A stretch of 64,000 nucleotides of DNA from an uncultured Eubacteriales bacterium (lineage in GTDB: Bacteria > Bacillota > Clostridia > Oscillospirales > CAG-272): positions 25,771-89,770 of the forward strand of contig CAKSQF010000003.1 in the NCBI GenBank assembly GCA_934486825.1. Reading direction: 5' to 3'. The position numbers and the translations under genes are program-made. The number at the start of each line of letters is the position of its first letter. The first letter of the stretch is position 1. Below, piece by piece: positions 24,571 to 35,200 of this stretch. Under the pieces are notes generated by a model, which saw nothing but the letters and a program-made list of their open reading frames with translations, had not been told where the DNA came from and ran no database searches.

Positions 24571-27081
24571 ATGGAAAAAAAGCCGGAAATAAAGGATGAG
24601 AAGATACCCGAAAAGGTAAAAACGGTCAAAATGACAAAGAAGGCGGTCAAACAATCGAAGGAGCTTTCTCTCCGCCGCGAGATAACCGATAAGCTGTCGA
24701 GATATTTCGGAACAACCCCCGAGGAGGCAAACCCCGATCAGATATACAAGGCGGTCATTCTGTCGGTGAAGGACATTCTGTCGCATAAGCGTACCGAATT
24801 CAAGCAGAATGTCAAAAATCAGGAGGGCAAAAAGGTATATTACCTGTGCATGGAATTTCTGATCGGCAAGTCGCTGAAAAACAATCTCATGAATCTCGGG
24901 ATCGAGAAGGAGTACGCACGGATACTTGAATCGTGGGGATACAACATAAACGATCTGTATGAGCACGAGGATAATCCCGGACTCGGTAACGGAGGTCTCG
25001 GCAGACTTGCCGCCTGCTTTATGGATGCTCTTACCACACTTGATTATTCGGCAACCGGATTTTCAATACTTTACGAATACGGTCTTTTCAAGCAGAAGAT
25101 AGTTGACGGTCATCAGATCGAGCTGCCCGATATATGGATGCCCACCGGAGAGTGCTGGCTCGTCCCGAGGACCGATAAGACCTGTACCGTCCGTTTCGGC
25201 GGCAACGTCACCGAAAAATGGGATAACGGCAAATGCGAGATAATCCATACCGATTATACCGAGGTTCAGGCTGTCCCTTATGATATGATGATATCGGGCG
25301 CCGATTCGGAGGCGGTCAATTCACTGCGCCTCTGGAAAGCCGTAAAGACAAATCAGTTCAATATGGGACTGTTCTCGCAGGGCGACTATTTCCGAGCTAT
25401 GGAGGAGTCGAACAAGGCGGAAATCATTTCAAAGGTTCTCTATCCCGCAGACGATCACGAGGGAGGCAGAACTCTGCGTCTGAAACAGCAGTATTTCCTT
25501 GTCTGCGCGTCGCTTCAGTCGATCATTGCCGATCATCTGCGCAGCTACGGTACGCTTGAAAATTTTGCCGACAAGGTTGCGATCCATATAAACGATACCC
25601 ATCCGGCGCTGGTTGTTCCCGAGCTTATCCGTATCCTCATGGATACCTACTCCTATTCGTGGGAGGCGGCATGGGATACCGTTATCAAAACCGTGTCGTA
25701 TACCAATCATACGGTGCTTCCCGAGGCGCTTGAAACATGGGATGAGGGACTTTTCAAATATGTCATGCCCCGTATACATCAGATAGTATGCGAGATCAAC
25801 CGCCGCTTCTGCGCCGATCTCTGGAATCGCTATCCGGGTGACTGGGACAGGATCACCCATATGTCGATAATTGCGAACAACCGCGTAAAAATGGCAAATC
25901 TGTCGGTCGTCGGTTCGCATACGGTGAACGGCGTGTCAAAACTTCATTCGGATATACTCAAAAAGACCGTTTTTGCCGATTTCTATGACTTTACTCCGGG
26001 TAAATTCACGAATGTCACGAACGGTATTGCTCACCGTCGCTGGCTTTGTTATTCAAATCCCGGACTTTGCAGACTGCTTGACGAGACAATAGGTACGGGT
26101 TACAGAAAGAATCCCGAAAATCTTGCTCACTTCAAAAGATTTGCCGATGACGCTTCGGTTCTTGACAGACTGTACGATATAAAACGTGAAAACAAGGTGC
26201 GTTTTTCCGACTGGTATGCGAAAAAAACAGGCATACTGATAGACCCGGATTCGGTGTTTGACGTGCAGGTCAAGCGTATGCACGAGTACAAGAGACAGAT
26301 GCTCAACGCCCTCCGTATAATATCCTTCTATGAAAAGCTGAAAGAGAATCCGGATGCCGATGTTCAGCCCCAGACATTCATTTTTGCGGCAAAGGCGGCT
26401 CCTTCCTATTTCATCGCAAAGCAGACGATAAGGCTTATAAACGAGATCGCCGCCGAGATTGAGAAGGACAAAAAGATCAGCGATAAGATGAGGGTGGTCT
26501 TTGCCGAGGATTACAATGTTTCGCTCGCCGAAATACTGATTCCGTCTGCCGATATATCCGAGCAGATATCGCTTGCCGGCAAGGAAGCGAGCGGAACCGG
26601 AAATATGAAGCTGATGATAAACGGCGCACTGACGCTCGGCACGCTTGACGGAGCGAATGTCGAAATCGCGGAGGCTGTCGGTCCCGAAAATGTCTATATA
26701 TTCGGTCTTACAACCCCCGAGGTTGATGATCTGTGGAGACGCGGTTACCATTCTTCCGATTATTACAACAATGACAGTCAGCTCAAGCAGGCGGTAGACA
26801 GTCTCAAGAGAGGCTTCAACGGTGTCGATTTCACCGATTTCTATAATTATCTTCTTATGGGTCCCGGTGTACCCGACCCGTATATGTGCCTTGCCGATTT
26901 CGAAAGCTATCTGACAAAGCACAGGGAGCTGCTCGGCGATTATGCCGACAGAAGACGCTGGGAAAAGAAGTCGCTTATGAATATTGCTTCTGCGGGTATA
27001 TTCTCCGCCGACCGTGCAATTCGGGAATATGCCGAGAATATCTGGCATATAAAGCCGATAAAAGCGGAAAACAACAGATGA
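24571..27081 (+). CDS. glgP: glycogen/maltodextrin phosphorylase (GT35)
   Basis: EPGLGNGGLGRLAACF-type motif (NPGLGNGGLGRLAACFMDA), and EASGTGNMKLMINGALTLGTLDGANVE with the PLP lysine. Confidence 0.92.
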   Translation: MEKKPEIKDEKIPEKVKTVKMTKKAVKQSKELSLRREITDKLSRYFGTTPEEANPDQIYKAVILSVKDILSHKRTEFKQNVKNQEGKKVYYLCMEFLIGKSLKNNLMNLGIEKEYARILESWGYNINDLYEHEDNPGLGNGGLGRLAACFMDALTTLDYSATGFSILYEYGLFKQKIVDGHQIELPDIWMPTGECWLVPRTDKTCTVRFGGNVTEKWDNGKCEIIHTDYTEVQAVPYDMMISGADSEAVNSLRLWKAVKTNQFNMGLFSQGDYFRAMEESNKAEIISKVLYPADDHEGGRTLRLKQQYFLVCASLQSIIADHLRSYGTLENFADKVAIHINDTHPALVVPELIRILMDTYSYSWEAAWDTVIKTVSYTNHTVLPEALETWDEGLFKYVMPRIHQIVCEINRRFCADLWNRYPGDWDRITHMSIIANNRVKMANLSVVGSHTVNGVSKLHSDILKKTVFADFYDFTPGKFTNVTNGIAHRRWLCYSNPGLCRLLDETIGTGYRKNPENLAHFKRFADDASVLDRLYDIKRENKVRFSDWYAKKTGILIDPDSVFDVQVKRMHEYKRQMLNALRIISFYEKLKENPDADVQPQTFIFAAKAAPSYFIAKQTIRLINEIAAEIEKDKKISDKMRVVFAEDYNVSLAEILIPSADISEQISLAGKEASGTGNMKLMINGALTLGTLDGANVEIAEAVGPENVYIFGLTTPEVDDLWRRGYHSSDYYNNDSQLKQAVDSLKRGFNGVDFTDFYNYLLMGPGVPDPYMCLADFESYLTKHRELLGDYADRRRWEKKSLMNIASAGIFSADRAIREYAENIWHIKPIKAENNR

Positions 27082-27105
27082 TCGGAAGCTCAGGACGAGG
27101 TTTAT

Positions 27106-29025
27106 ATGTTTATTCCCGATAAGCTTCTTCGTTCGGTGAAGCTTACAAAAAAATCCGAAAAGACCGATAACGCCGGTCTTTTCGGAGTTTTTGATACCGA
27201 CGACAAACTGACGTTTGAATTGACAGTCCCGCGGGCAATCGGACTTTTCCGTCCGGCGCTTGTGTTTTACAGGGACAGCGATGCCGCCGAAATATCCTTT
27301 GAATTTGAACTTTCCGACTTTGATATGATCTGCGACAGTTTTTCATGCGCCGTCCCAATGGCTGATCTTTGCCCCGACGGTGAGCGTGACGCACTCCTCT
27401 GGTATACGGTTGTCGCGGACAGCGGGTACGGGCGTTTGCGGATATCCTGCTCCCGTTCGTCATACAGACCGGCTGTGAACAGAATCGACAGCGGCTATGA
27501 CGGCTTTCAGCTTACGGTCAGACCGCCCGCCTCAGATCACCCCGACGATAAATTCGCGGGCGGGATAATATACCATGTTTTCGTTGACAGATTCGCAAAG
27601 GGCAGCAGATCGGTGCCCGTCCGCGAGGACGCGATAATCGATCCCGACTGGGAGAACGGCATCCCCGAATATGCGGAGGTGCGCGGCGGATTTGTGAGGA
27701 ACAACCGCTTTTTCGGCGGAACGCTGTGGGGTGTGATCGAACACCTTGACTATATAGCAGAACTCGGCGTGAATATGATCTATCTGTCGCCGGTGTTCGA
27801 AGCCTACTCCAATCACAAATACGATACCGGCGATTACATGAAGGTTGACGCTATGTTCGGCGGCGACGAAGCGCTCGCTCTGCTTGTCGGAAAAGCGGGC
27901 GAAAAGGGAATATCGGTGATACTTGACGGCGTTTTCAACCATACCGGTGCCGACAGCAGGTATTTCAATAAATTCGGCAGATACGACAGCGTCGGCGCAT
28001 ATCAGAGCAAGGAGTCTCCTTATTACAAATGGTACGAATTTGAGAAATATCCCGACAGTTACCGCTGTTGGTGGGGAATAAATATTCTCCCCGCCGTGAC
28101 AACGACCGACAGCTCGTATACCGATTTCATCTGCGGCAAGGACGGGGTTCTCGCAAAGTATATGAAAATGGGGATTGCGGGCTGGAGACTTGACGTCGCC
28201 GATGAACTCAGCGAAGAGTTTCTGGAGGCGCTTTGCAACAGGGTGAAGACCGAAAACAGCACATCGATTGTGTTCGGCGAGGTCTGGGAGGACGCATCGG
28301 ATAAGATTGCTTACGGCAGACGCAGAAAATATTTCCGCGGCGGACAGCTTGACTCGGTGATGAATTATCCGCTCCGCGACGGAGTTATCAGATTCGTCAA
28401 ATACGGAGATAAAGCGGCACTTTTTGAGGCGACTGCTCTGCTTTATTCGCATTATCCGAAGGAAACGAGCGATCTGCTTATGAACCACCTCGGCACGCAT
28501 GATACAGAGCGGATACTGACAGTTCTCGGCGGCGAGCCGGACGGTGACAGACCCGCATCCGAGCTTGCTCTTGCGAGGCTCACCGATGAACAGCGGAGCA
28601 GAGCTGTCGAAATGCTGAAACTATGCTGGCTGATCGTGGCGGCGCTTCCGGGGCTCCCCTGTATATATTACGGCGACGAGGCGGGAATGGAGGGTTATCG
28701 CGATCCGTTCAACCGTATGCCGTTCGTGCCCGAAAGAGCCGATAAGGAGCTGACCGGGTTTTATCGCAGTGTCGGCAAAATGAGGCGGTCGGAGCCGCTC
28801 TTTGCAGACGGATATTTCGAGGTCGATGAAAATACACCCGACGGGGTGTTTGCGTTCAGAAGATTTTCGGGCAGTGATATCGGATATGAGATATATGTTG
28901 TTGCAAACGCTTCGGACAGGTTCTATATAACCGACGTCGGCGGAGAAGATCTGCTCACAGGTGAAAGGCATAGATATTTTGATGTTTTGCCGAAAAAAGC
29001 GGTAATTATACGAAAAAAATTGTGA
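27106..29025 (+). CDS. cytoplasmic GH13 alpha-amylase-family enzyme (neopullulanase/cyclomaltodextrinase-like)
   Basis: GH13 conserved regions are present: VILDGVFNHTG, GWRLDVADE, VFGEVWED and NHLGTHDTER. There is no signal peptide and a roughly 150-aa N-terminal domain. Confidence 0.8.
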   Translation: MFIPDKLLRSVKLTKKSEKTDNAGLFGVFDTDDKLTFELTVPRAIGLFRPALVFYRDSDAAEISFEFELSDFDMICDSFSCAVPMADLCPDGERDALLWYTVVADSGYGRLRISCSRSSYRPAVNRIDSGYDGFQLTVRPPASDHPDDKFAGGIIYHVFVDRFAKGSRSVPVREDAIIDPDWENGIPEYAEVRGGFVRNNRFFGGTLWGVIEHLDYIAELGVNMIYLSPVFEAYSNHKYDTGDYMKVDAMFGGDEALALLVGKAGEKGISVILDGVFNHTGADSRYFNKFGRYDSVGAYQSKESPYYKWYEFEKYPDSYRCWWGINILPAVTTTDSSYTDFICGKDGVLAKYMKMGIAGWRLDVADELSEEFLEALCNRVKTENSTSIVFGEVWEDASDKIAYGRRRKYFRGGQLDSVMNYPLRDGVIRFVKYGDKAALFEATALLYSHYPKETSDLLMNHLGTHDTERILTVLGGEPDGDRPASELALARLTDEQRSRAVEMLKLCWLIVAALPGLPCIYYGDEAGMEGYRDPFNRMPFVPERADKELTGFYRSVGKMRRSEPLFADGYFEVDENTPDGVFAFRRFSGSDIGYEIYVVANASDRFYITDVGGEDLLTGERHRYFDVLPKKAVIIRKKL

Positions 29026-29094
29026 TTATTAACATTGAGTTAATAATACCGTAGTATAATTATCGGAGTAAATGAGAGAACGGAGTATATTATT

Positions 29095-30015
29095 ATGAAA
29101 TTCAGAAGAGTTATATCTGTTATTCTTGCACTGCTTGCGGTAACGACATTGTTTGCGGCATGCTCTCCGACAAGCAAGCCGGGGACAACCAATGCAAACG
29201 GTACGAAAGACGATCCCACGGACGGAGGCTCATCGGTAAAAATGAAGTTTCTGAAGGCTGGCAGATCGTCGTGTATCGTAATACGCACGCCCGCAGGAAA
29301 TGTTATGATCGATACTGCCGCCGATGACAAGACCGACAAGGTGCTCACCTATCTTGCCGAAAAGAGCATAACAACAATCGACTATCTTATAATCACAAAC
29401 TATTCAAAGAAACATATAGGCGGCGCCCCCGCGATACTTGCGAGCAAGGCTGTCACAGTCAAAAACGTCTACGCTCCCGCATATTCGAAGGGAAGCGCAA
29501 CCTACAATGCGTATGCCGCCGCAATGACCGACGCGGGACTTACGGCGACCCTTGTTTCGGAGAATACCGAGATAAAGCTCGGCGACGTGACCTTTACCCT
29601 GTATGCTCCTCACAAGGACTATTCCACAGGCTCGGATGAGAACGACGAGTGCAATTCGGTAGCGGTCGGTATGACATACGGTGAAAAATCCTTCCTTATG
29701 ACATCGCGTATAAAGGGTGAACGAGTAACCGAACTGCTTGCCGATCTCAACGGCAAAAAGTTCGATCTTATCACCGTTCCGAATTACGGTATCTATGACA
29801 ATGAATATGACGGTCTGTTCACTTCTCTCGGCGCAGCCGATGCAATCGCATTCTGCTCGAACAATGCGGATAAGACACAGATGGACGTTGCGACGATAAA
29901 CGCACTTACATCGGCAAAGACCCGCGTGTATGCAACCCGTGACGGAAGCATTGAAGTGAAGATCAAAACCGACAGTATTGAGATAAACGGAACACCGATA
30001 AACAATGTCGGCTGA
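29095..30015 (+). CDS. ComEC-type MBL-fold lipoprotein with substituted metal ligands
   Basis: Lipobox TLFAACS. It is collinear with the ComEC C-terminal MBL domain, but HxHxDH reads NYSKKH, LTGD reads MTSR, and PHHGS reads PNYGI. Confidence 0.6.
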   Translation: MKFRRVISVILALLAVTTLFAACSPTSKPGTTNANGTKDDPTDGGSSVKMKFLKAGRSSCIVIRTPAGNVMIDTAADDKTDKVLTYLAEKSITTIDYLIITNYSKKHIGGAPAILASKAVTVKNVYAPAYSKGSATYNAYAAAMTDAGLTATLVSENTEIKLGDVTFTLYAPHKDYSTGSDENDECNSVAVGMTYGEKSFLMTSRIKGERVTELLADLNGKKFDLITVPNYGIYDNEYDGLFTSLGAADAIAFCSNNADKTQMDVATINALTSAKTRVYATRDGSIEVKIKTDSIEINGTPINNVG

Positions 30016-30030
30016 TAAGCCGATAATAAA

Positions 30031-30070
30031 AAGAACCGACAGAGAGAAAATTCTCTGTCGGTTCTTTTGT
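30031..30070. terminator. bidirectional rho-independent terminator
   Basis: 14-bp stem AAGAACCGACAGAG / CTCTGTCGGTTCTT, flanked by an A-run and a T-run between convergent genes. Confidence 0.8.
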
Positions 30071-30081
30071 GTCACTTGATA

Positions 30082-30975
30082 TTATTTCTTCATCCCGAAT
30101 AATTCGGCAACTGAGAAATCGTCGTCGTCCTCTTCTTCGGTCGGTTCCGGTCTGCTCTCAACCGGCTTCATAACCACGGTGTGAGCCGTTTCATCTGTTG
30201 CCGACGCTTCACCGGATTTGTCCGATTCCGATGTGTCGGGAGAAACAATGTTGATAATCCCGTCAGGTATTACGCTTGCGTCGGCGGGAGCGGTTACCGC
30301 AATCTTCACGTCCGAATCATCCTCCGACGGCTTGTCGGTAACCTCGGGCTGATAGTTCCTGCAAAATTCGCTGTTTTTCAGAATAAGCTCGTAAAGTGCC
30401 TTTTCCTCTTTTGAGTTGAGCGTGCCGAATTCGGAGAACTCCTTAAGCTCGGCAATCAGCCTTGCTCCGGTGAAAACGCAGTCGGAGCTTCTGAAATCAT
30501 AGGATGCACGGTCGTCTGTCAGAAATACATAGTGCCGCACGGCGGGGCAGTAAAGGCTTTTTCGCATGACAAGCGTTGAAATCGCCGAAACATATGTCTG
30601 ACCCGCTTCGACAAGGTTGGGGATCGACCTCGTTCCGAGCGCGTCGGTGACCGTCCACGGTCCGCTGTCGGGCGCAACAAATTCGCCCGACCCGCCGCAT
30701 ATGCTGATAACGGCAATTCCGCCCGAACATACGATGACCGAGCAGACTTTCGGCGAAACTCCCGAATCGTCCCTTATTATGTACGGATTCTTTATGACCT
30801 TGTTGCCGAATACCGCCGAAAGCAGGGAGTTTGCGAATCGCTCGTCCCTGACGTTCGATTTGTATATATCCGAAAATACCGAGCGCTTTCTTGCTGCGCA
30901 GATTATATAAATTACGAGAATGAATACTGCAAAGACCGCTGCACAAAGGCAGGCGAACAGAATTTTGTCGGGCAT
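30082..30975 (-). CDS. membrane-anchored hypothetical protein, possibly a degenerate NERD-like domain, with an acidic C-terminal tail
   Basis: ATG 30975 with GAGGTG upstream. N-terminal TM helix ILFACLCAAVFAVFILVIYIICA. The segment VCSVIVCSGGIAVISICGGSGEF resembles the NERD core strand pattern but lacks D/E/K. Confidence 0.35.
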   Translation of the reverse strand: MPDKILFACLCAAVFAVFILVIYIICAARKRSVFSDIYKSNVRDERFANSLLSAVFGNKVIKNPYIIRDDSGVSPKVCSVIVCSGGIAVISICGGSGEFVAPDSGPWTVTDALGTRSIPNLVEAGQTYVSAISTLVMRKSLYCPAVRHYVFLTDDRASYDFRSSDCVFTGARLIAELKEFSEFGTLNSKEEKALYELILKNSEFCRNYQPEVTDKPSEDDSDVKIAVTAPADASVIPDGIINIVSPDTSESDKSGEASATDETAHTVVMKPVESRPEPTEEEDDDDFSVAELFGMKK

Positions 30976-31183
30976 ATGACACCTCGATTTCCACCGATCC
31001 TGCGGTGCATAATTATATCTCAATTATATCTCAATAACATTTTTTTGTCAACCGTAATGGTATTTCAAACTTATTAATTTTCTGATAATTTTGCACTGTT
31101 CAGAAAAAGGTTACATATATTTTTATTCTTCGCCTTGCAAACGGGACTTTGCTGTGATAAAATACCGGAAAAGGGGTGATCGT

Positions 31184-32188
31184 ATGGATAACGAAGGTAA
31201 AAAGGGGCAGACAGGCGGTAAAGAAAAAGGGCGCAGGTCGAAAAAGGGCGCGCTGATCTTTATCGCGGTGATGTTTGCGCTCCTGCTGATACTTCCGGTT
31301 CTGAATCTGCTGTCGCAGAAGCTGCCGTCAATGCCCGATAAGAATGACGGCGGAGAAGCCGCTGTCACGGCAAGGACATATCCGAAGGAATGGTTCGCCA
31401 CTCCCGACTATAATCAGAATGTTCTGAGCGATCCCGAATATGAAGCGGCAGACCGCGCTCTACACTATAAGATCGGCAATGAAACGGTGATGATCGACGG
31501 TGACGCCTCCGATTACGGAACACTCTGCGCTTTCTGGGACGATTATTTCAGAGCGGCGATCGCGGGGAGCGAGTCGATGCTGTCGGGTATGCATACCGAT
31601 GCCTATGTCGAAAAATTCGGAGGGTTCGATGCGATCGCGCCGCAGAAAATATATAATATAACCGTCGAGCTTCTTGACAGACGCGCGATCGAAGACAAAA
31701 AATACGCAGGCGGATATGTGAGCTATTTTAATGTTTCATATTGTATAAAGGACAATAACGGGACCTTCCGCAACGATTTTTTTGAGGACGATGTGTCGGT
31801 GCCGCTCATTTATGAGGTGGTCGAAAATGACGGAAGAACGCTTATAAACAATTATTCGAGACAGTCGATGACGACGCCGAACGATGACGATCGGTCGCCG
31901 TCGTGGATCATGCCGGTGGTCTGGGCGATCGTTTTGCTGGTGTCGGTCACGATCCTGCTGATTGTAAAAAGCGGCTTTTGCGGATGTCTTGCGCTTTCCG
32001 CATTGGCGGCACTGATTCTTTCGTTTATCCTTCCGCATAATATCGTCGCACAGATCGTGACATTTTCGGCAGTCGCCGCGCTGTCGGTCGCCCTTTGGGC
32101 AGTCATGAAAAAGAGGAAAAAGAGAAATCAGTCTGCGGAAAAGGTTGCACAGGACAGTCCTGCCGATATCACGGACGGTCGGGCATAA
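31184..32188 (+). CDS. hypothetical membrane protein (N-terminal TM helix, roughly 230-aa ectodomain, 3 C-terminal TM helices)
   Basis: RBS AGGGGTG precedes ATG 31184. The hydrophobic segments are clear. I recognise no family. Confidence 0.5.
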   Translation: MDNEGKKGQTGGKEKGRRSKKGALIFIAVMFALLLILPVLNLLSQKLPSMPDKNDGGEAAVTARTYPKEWFATPDYNQNVLSDPEYEAADRALHYKIGNETVMIDGDASDYGTLCAFWDDYFRAAIAGSESMLSGMHTDAYVEKFGGFDAIAPQKIYNITVELLDRRAIEDKKYAGGYVSYFNVSYCIKDNNGTFRNDFFEDDVSVPLIYEVVENDGRTLINNYSRQSMTTPNDDDRSPSWIMPVVWAIVLLVSVTILLIVKSGFCGCLALSALAALILSFILPHNIVAQIVTFSAVAALSVALWAVMKKRKKRNQSAEKVAQDSPADITDGRA

Positions 32189-32242
32189 TAATGAAAAAGA
32201 GCGTTTTTGCCGGATGTATGCGGCGGAAACTGTCGGTTTACG

Positions 32243-32278
32243 AAAAATTGCCCCGCGCGAAAGCGCGGGGCAATTTTT
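32243..32278. terminator. bidirectional rho-independent terminator
   Basis: 16-bp stem AAAAATTGCCCCGCGC / GCGCGGGGCAATTTTT with a GAAA loop. Confidence 0.85.
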
Positions 32279-32298
32279 CGTTGAAGGCTGTGTGAAAA

Positions 32299-35200
32299 TT
32301 ATACGTGTCCGAGCAGTTCTATCTGCGAAAGGGCTGTTTCGCCCGAAAATTCGATCACAACACGATCGGCGGCAAGCTTTGCCTCAAACGGACGGGTCTC
32401 GCGTCCCCAATCAAACGAAACGCCGTTCAGAGTTACCGTATTTTCGGTTTCCGAACCGTTTTTGTAGGCTTTCAGGCTGATCCGACCGACATCCTTTGCA
32501 TGCTCTGACGAGGTCAGCGTTATCATTTCTATGCTGACCCCGGATGCAAAAACAACGGTGATCCGATCGCCGTCATGTATAAGCGTTTCGGTGAGCGAGC
32601 AGTTGTCAAACAGCCTGTCGGCAAACTGAATGTCCGAGGAGATTTTTGCGTTTTCGGTCAGATCGACTGCCGGTTGTCTGTCCTTTCCGTATTCCGACAG
32701 TGAAAACGGCATTATCTTTCCGAAGTCCGACGGGGTGCTTCCCATTACAAACCGCAATTCTCCGCCCGAGGCAAGCTCATCATGTGTGACAAACAGTCTG
32801 TCAGACTTCTTTCCGTTTATCGTTACCGATCTTACATATATGTTCTCCGGGCTGTTGTTTTCGGCGACTATGTGCAGTTTTTTGCCGCCGATGTTAAGAT
32901 CAACCTCGTCAAAAAGCGGTGAGCCGATCGCGTACTGACCTGTTGCAAGACAGAGCGGATAAAATCCGAGTGCAGACAGTATAAACCATGCCGACATTTC
33001 GCCGTTGTCCTCGTCTCCGGGGTAACCCTGTCCGAAATCTCCGCCGATGTACAGTCTTGACAGCACCTCTCTTGCGTATTTCTGCGCTTTCCACGGCTGA
33101 TCGGTGAAATTGTACATGTATATAAGGTGGTGAGACGGCTGGTTCGAGTGTCCGTAGCGCCCCATTTTAACTTCTCTTGCCTCTCTCTGCTCGTGTATGC
33201 CGTCCCATTCACCGCAGGCACCGTATCCGCGGTAATATGCCTTTGTTTCGAAGATGCTGTCGAGCTTTTTCGCAAGCTCCGCGCGACCGCCGTAAAGTGC
33301 GGCAAGTCCCGCTCCGTCAAACGGAACGGACGCCGACATGTTGTAGGCATCGGTCTCGGTAAAATCCTTTCCCCAGAAGCAGGGGTCGAATTTGCCGCAG
33401 TAATTATTGTCTGATGTCAGCGACCCGTCCGCTTCTCTGCCGCGGAACCATTTGTCGCCGATATTATCGCCGCCGTCAACGAAGAGCAGGCGGTAGTTTT
33501 TTGCTCTGTTTTCAAAATATCTGCGCTCTGCGGCAAGAGCCGACTTTCTTTCGGGATCGGTTTCGTGTTCAAGCAGCAGACCCGCAAGCACGGAAATTCC
33601 GAAATCGTTGATATAACCCTCCATCGACCACGAAAATCCCTCGCGCGAGCCGGGAGTCCAGCCGAGGAATATCGATTTTTCGAGAAGCTCACGACCGCCG
33701 TCGGTCGGGGTCGGCGAGTAGACGCAGGCGTTTTTGTATGCGGCGGCGTATGCCTTTTCAATATCGAAACCGAAGTCTTTGACCGCGGCATCGGCGAAAA
33801 TGATGTCCGACGAAGTGCCTACCATGCAGTTTACTCCTCCGGGAGCCGACCAGCGCGGTATCAGCCCGTTGTCGTCGTAATGCTTCAGAAAGCCGTTCAG
33901 AAGGCGGGGCATATCCTGCGGACAAAGCAGGGAATATGCCGGCCAGCAGGTGCGGTAGGTGTCCCAGAACCCGTTGTTTATCATCATTTCGCCCTCTTCG
34001 ACCCGATCGGTGTAGGGTGAGCGGTACACATATACCGGAGCTTTGTCGGTTCCGATATTTTCGGCTGTCGAATTCGGATATTTGAAGAGGCAGTAAAGTC
34101 CGGAATAGATATTTTCAAGATCGCGCTCTGCGGCACCCTTTATGTTGTCTATGCAGGAAAGCTTGCCGTCCCAGCGGTCGGCAGCGTCGGCACAGATACT
34201 TTCAAAGGTTCTGCCGCGCAGTTCGAGATCGTGATTTTTCTTTGCCTGCCCGTATGATATGTATGATGTGGCAAAGGTCATGTATATCTTATCCGCGGAA
34301 AATGATGCGATCGCATTTTTTCCGCAGACCGCGGTCGATATCGGCTTTTCGGAGAAGGTTCCGTAGATATACACGGTCTTTGAGCAGTTGTTTTTATGGT
34401 CGGAGAAGGCGGTGAAGCTGCCGTCATCGTCAAAGGCGATGCCGCCGGACCCGTTCTGACAGTCGAAGATCACCGAATGATGCACGGCACTTTTGCCGAA
34501 CGATAACATGGCAATAAGTCCGTGATCTGTCGGGGATATCTCTATCATACTGTCTGCGGCGTCCCCGCCCTTTTCGTCAAATGCGACCGAGTAATAGTGA
34601 GCAAAAGCAAGCTCGTTTTCGTGAGCGAAAATGTTCGTCATGTCGGCTGTGGCAAAGCCCTTGCCGTCACCCGCAAGTCGGGAGGTGTTTATCATGAACT
34701 GCCATGTTCCTCTGTCGCCGATCCAGATCGACGGCTCGTGCGAGATGCCGATGCTGTCAAACCTGCGGCTGAGATAGTCGTAGTGTTTGTCGGACGCATG
34801 ATTTGTGATCGGACCGTACATGTTGAAGCCGTGCGGAAGCAGAACGGCGGGCGCGGTCAGACCGCGGGAGAATGATGAAGAGTCATTCGTTCCGCGGAGA
34901 ATGTTTATGTAGTGGCAGAGCCTCGTCCGCTCGGTCGGCTTGCGGTCGTATATCGATATGTCGTCGAAGAAGCTCTCAAAATCCGAGCTTTTGGGCGGAC
35001 CGTCGTATGAAATAACTGTCCTTGTTACCGTCTTGCCCGCAAGAGCGCCGAGCGGGACGGATATTTTGTTCCACTGGCAGACGTACAGTCTTTTTGACTT
35101 TCCCATTGAGGATGGGTCGGCATGAACGCCGTTTCCGTCGCATATACCCTTGTCCGACAGCCTGCTTCCGTCTGACAGATAAAGATCTACCGAGAAAAAT

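Noticed and set aside
29040-29348. A 102-aa minus-strand ORF overlaps the start of the MBL lipoprotein gene.
   Set aside because: It is antisense to a gene with a lipobox and a conserved fold, and it has no RBS.
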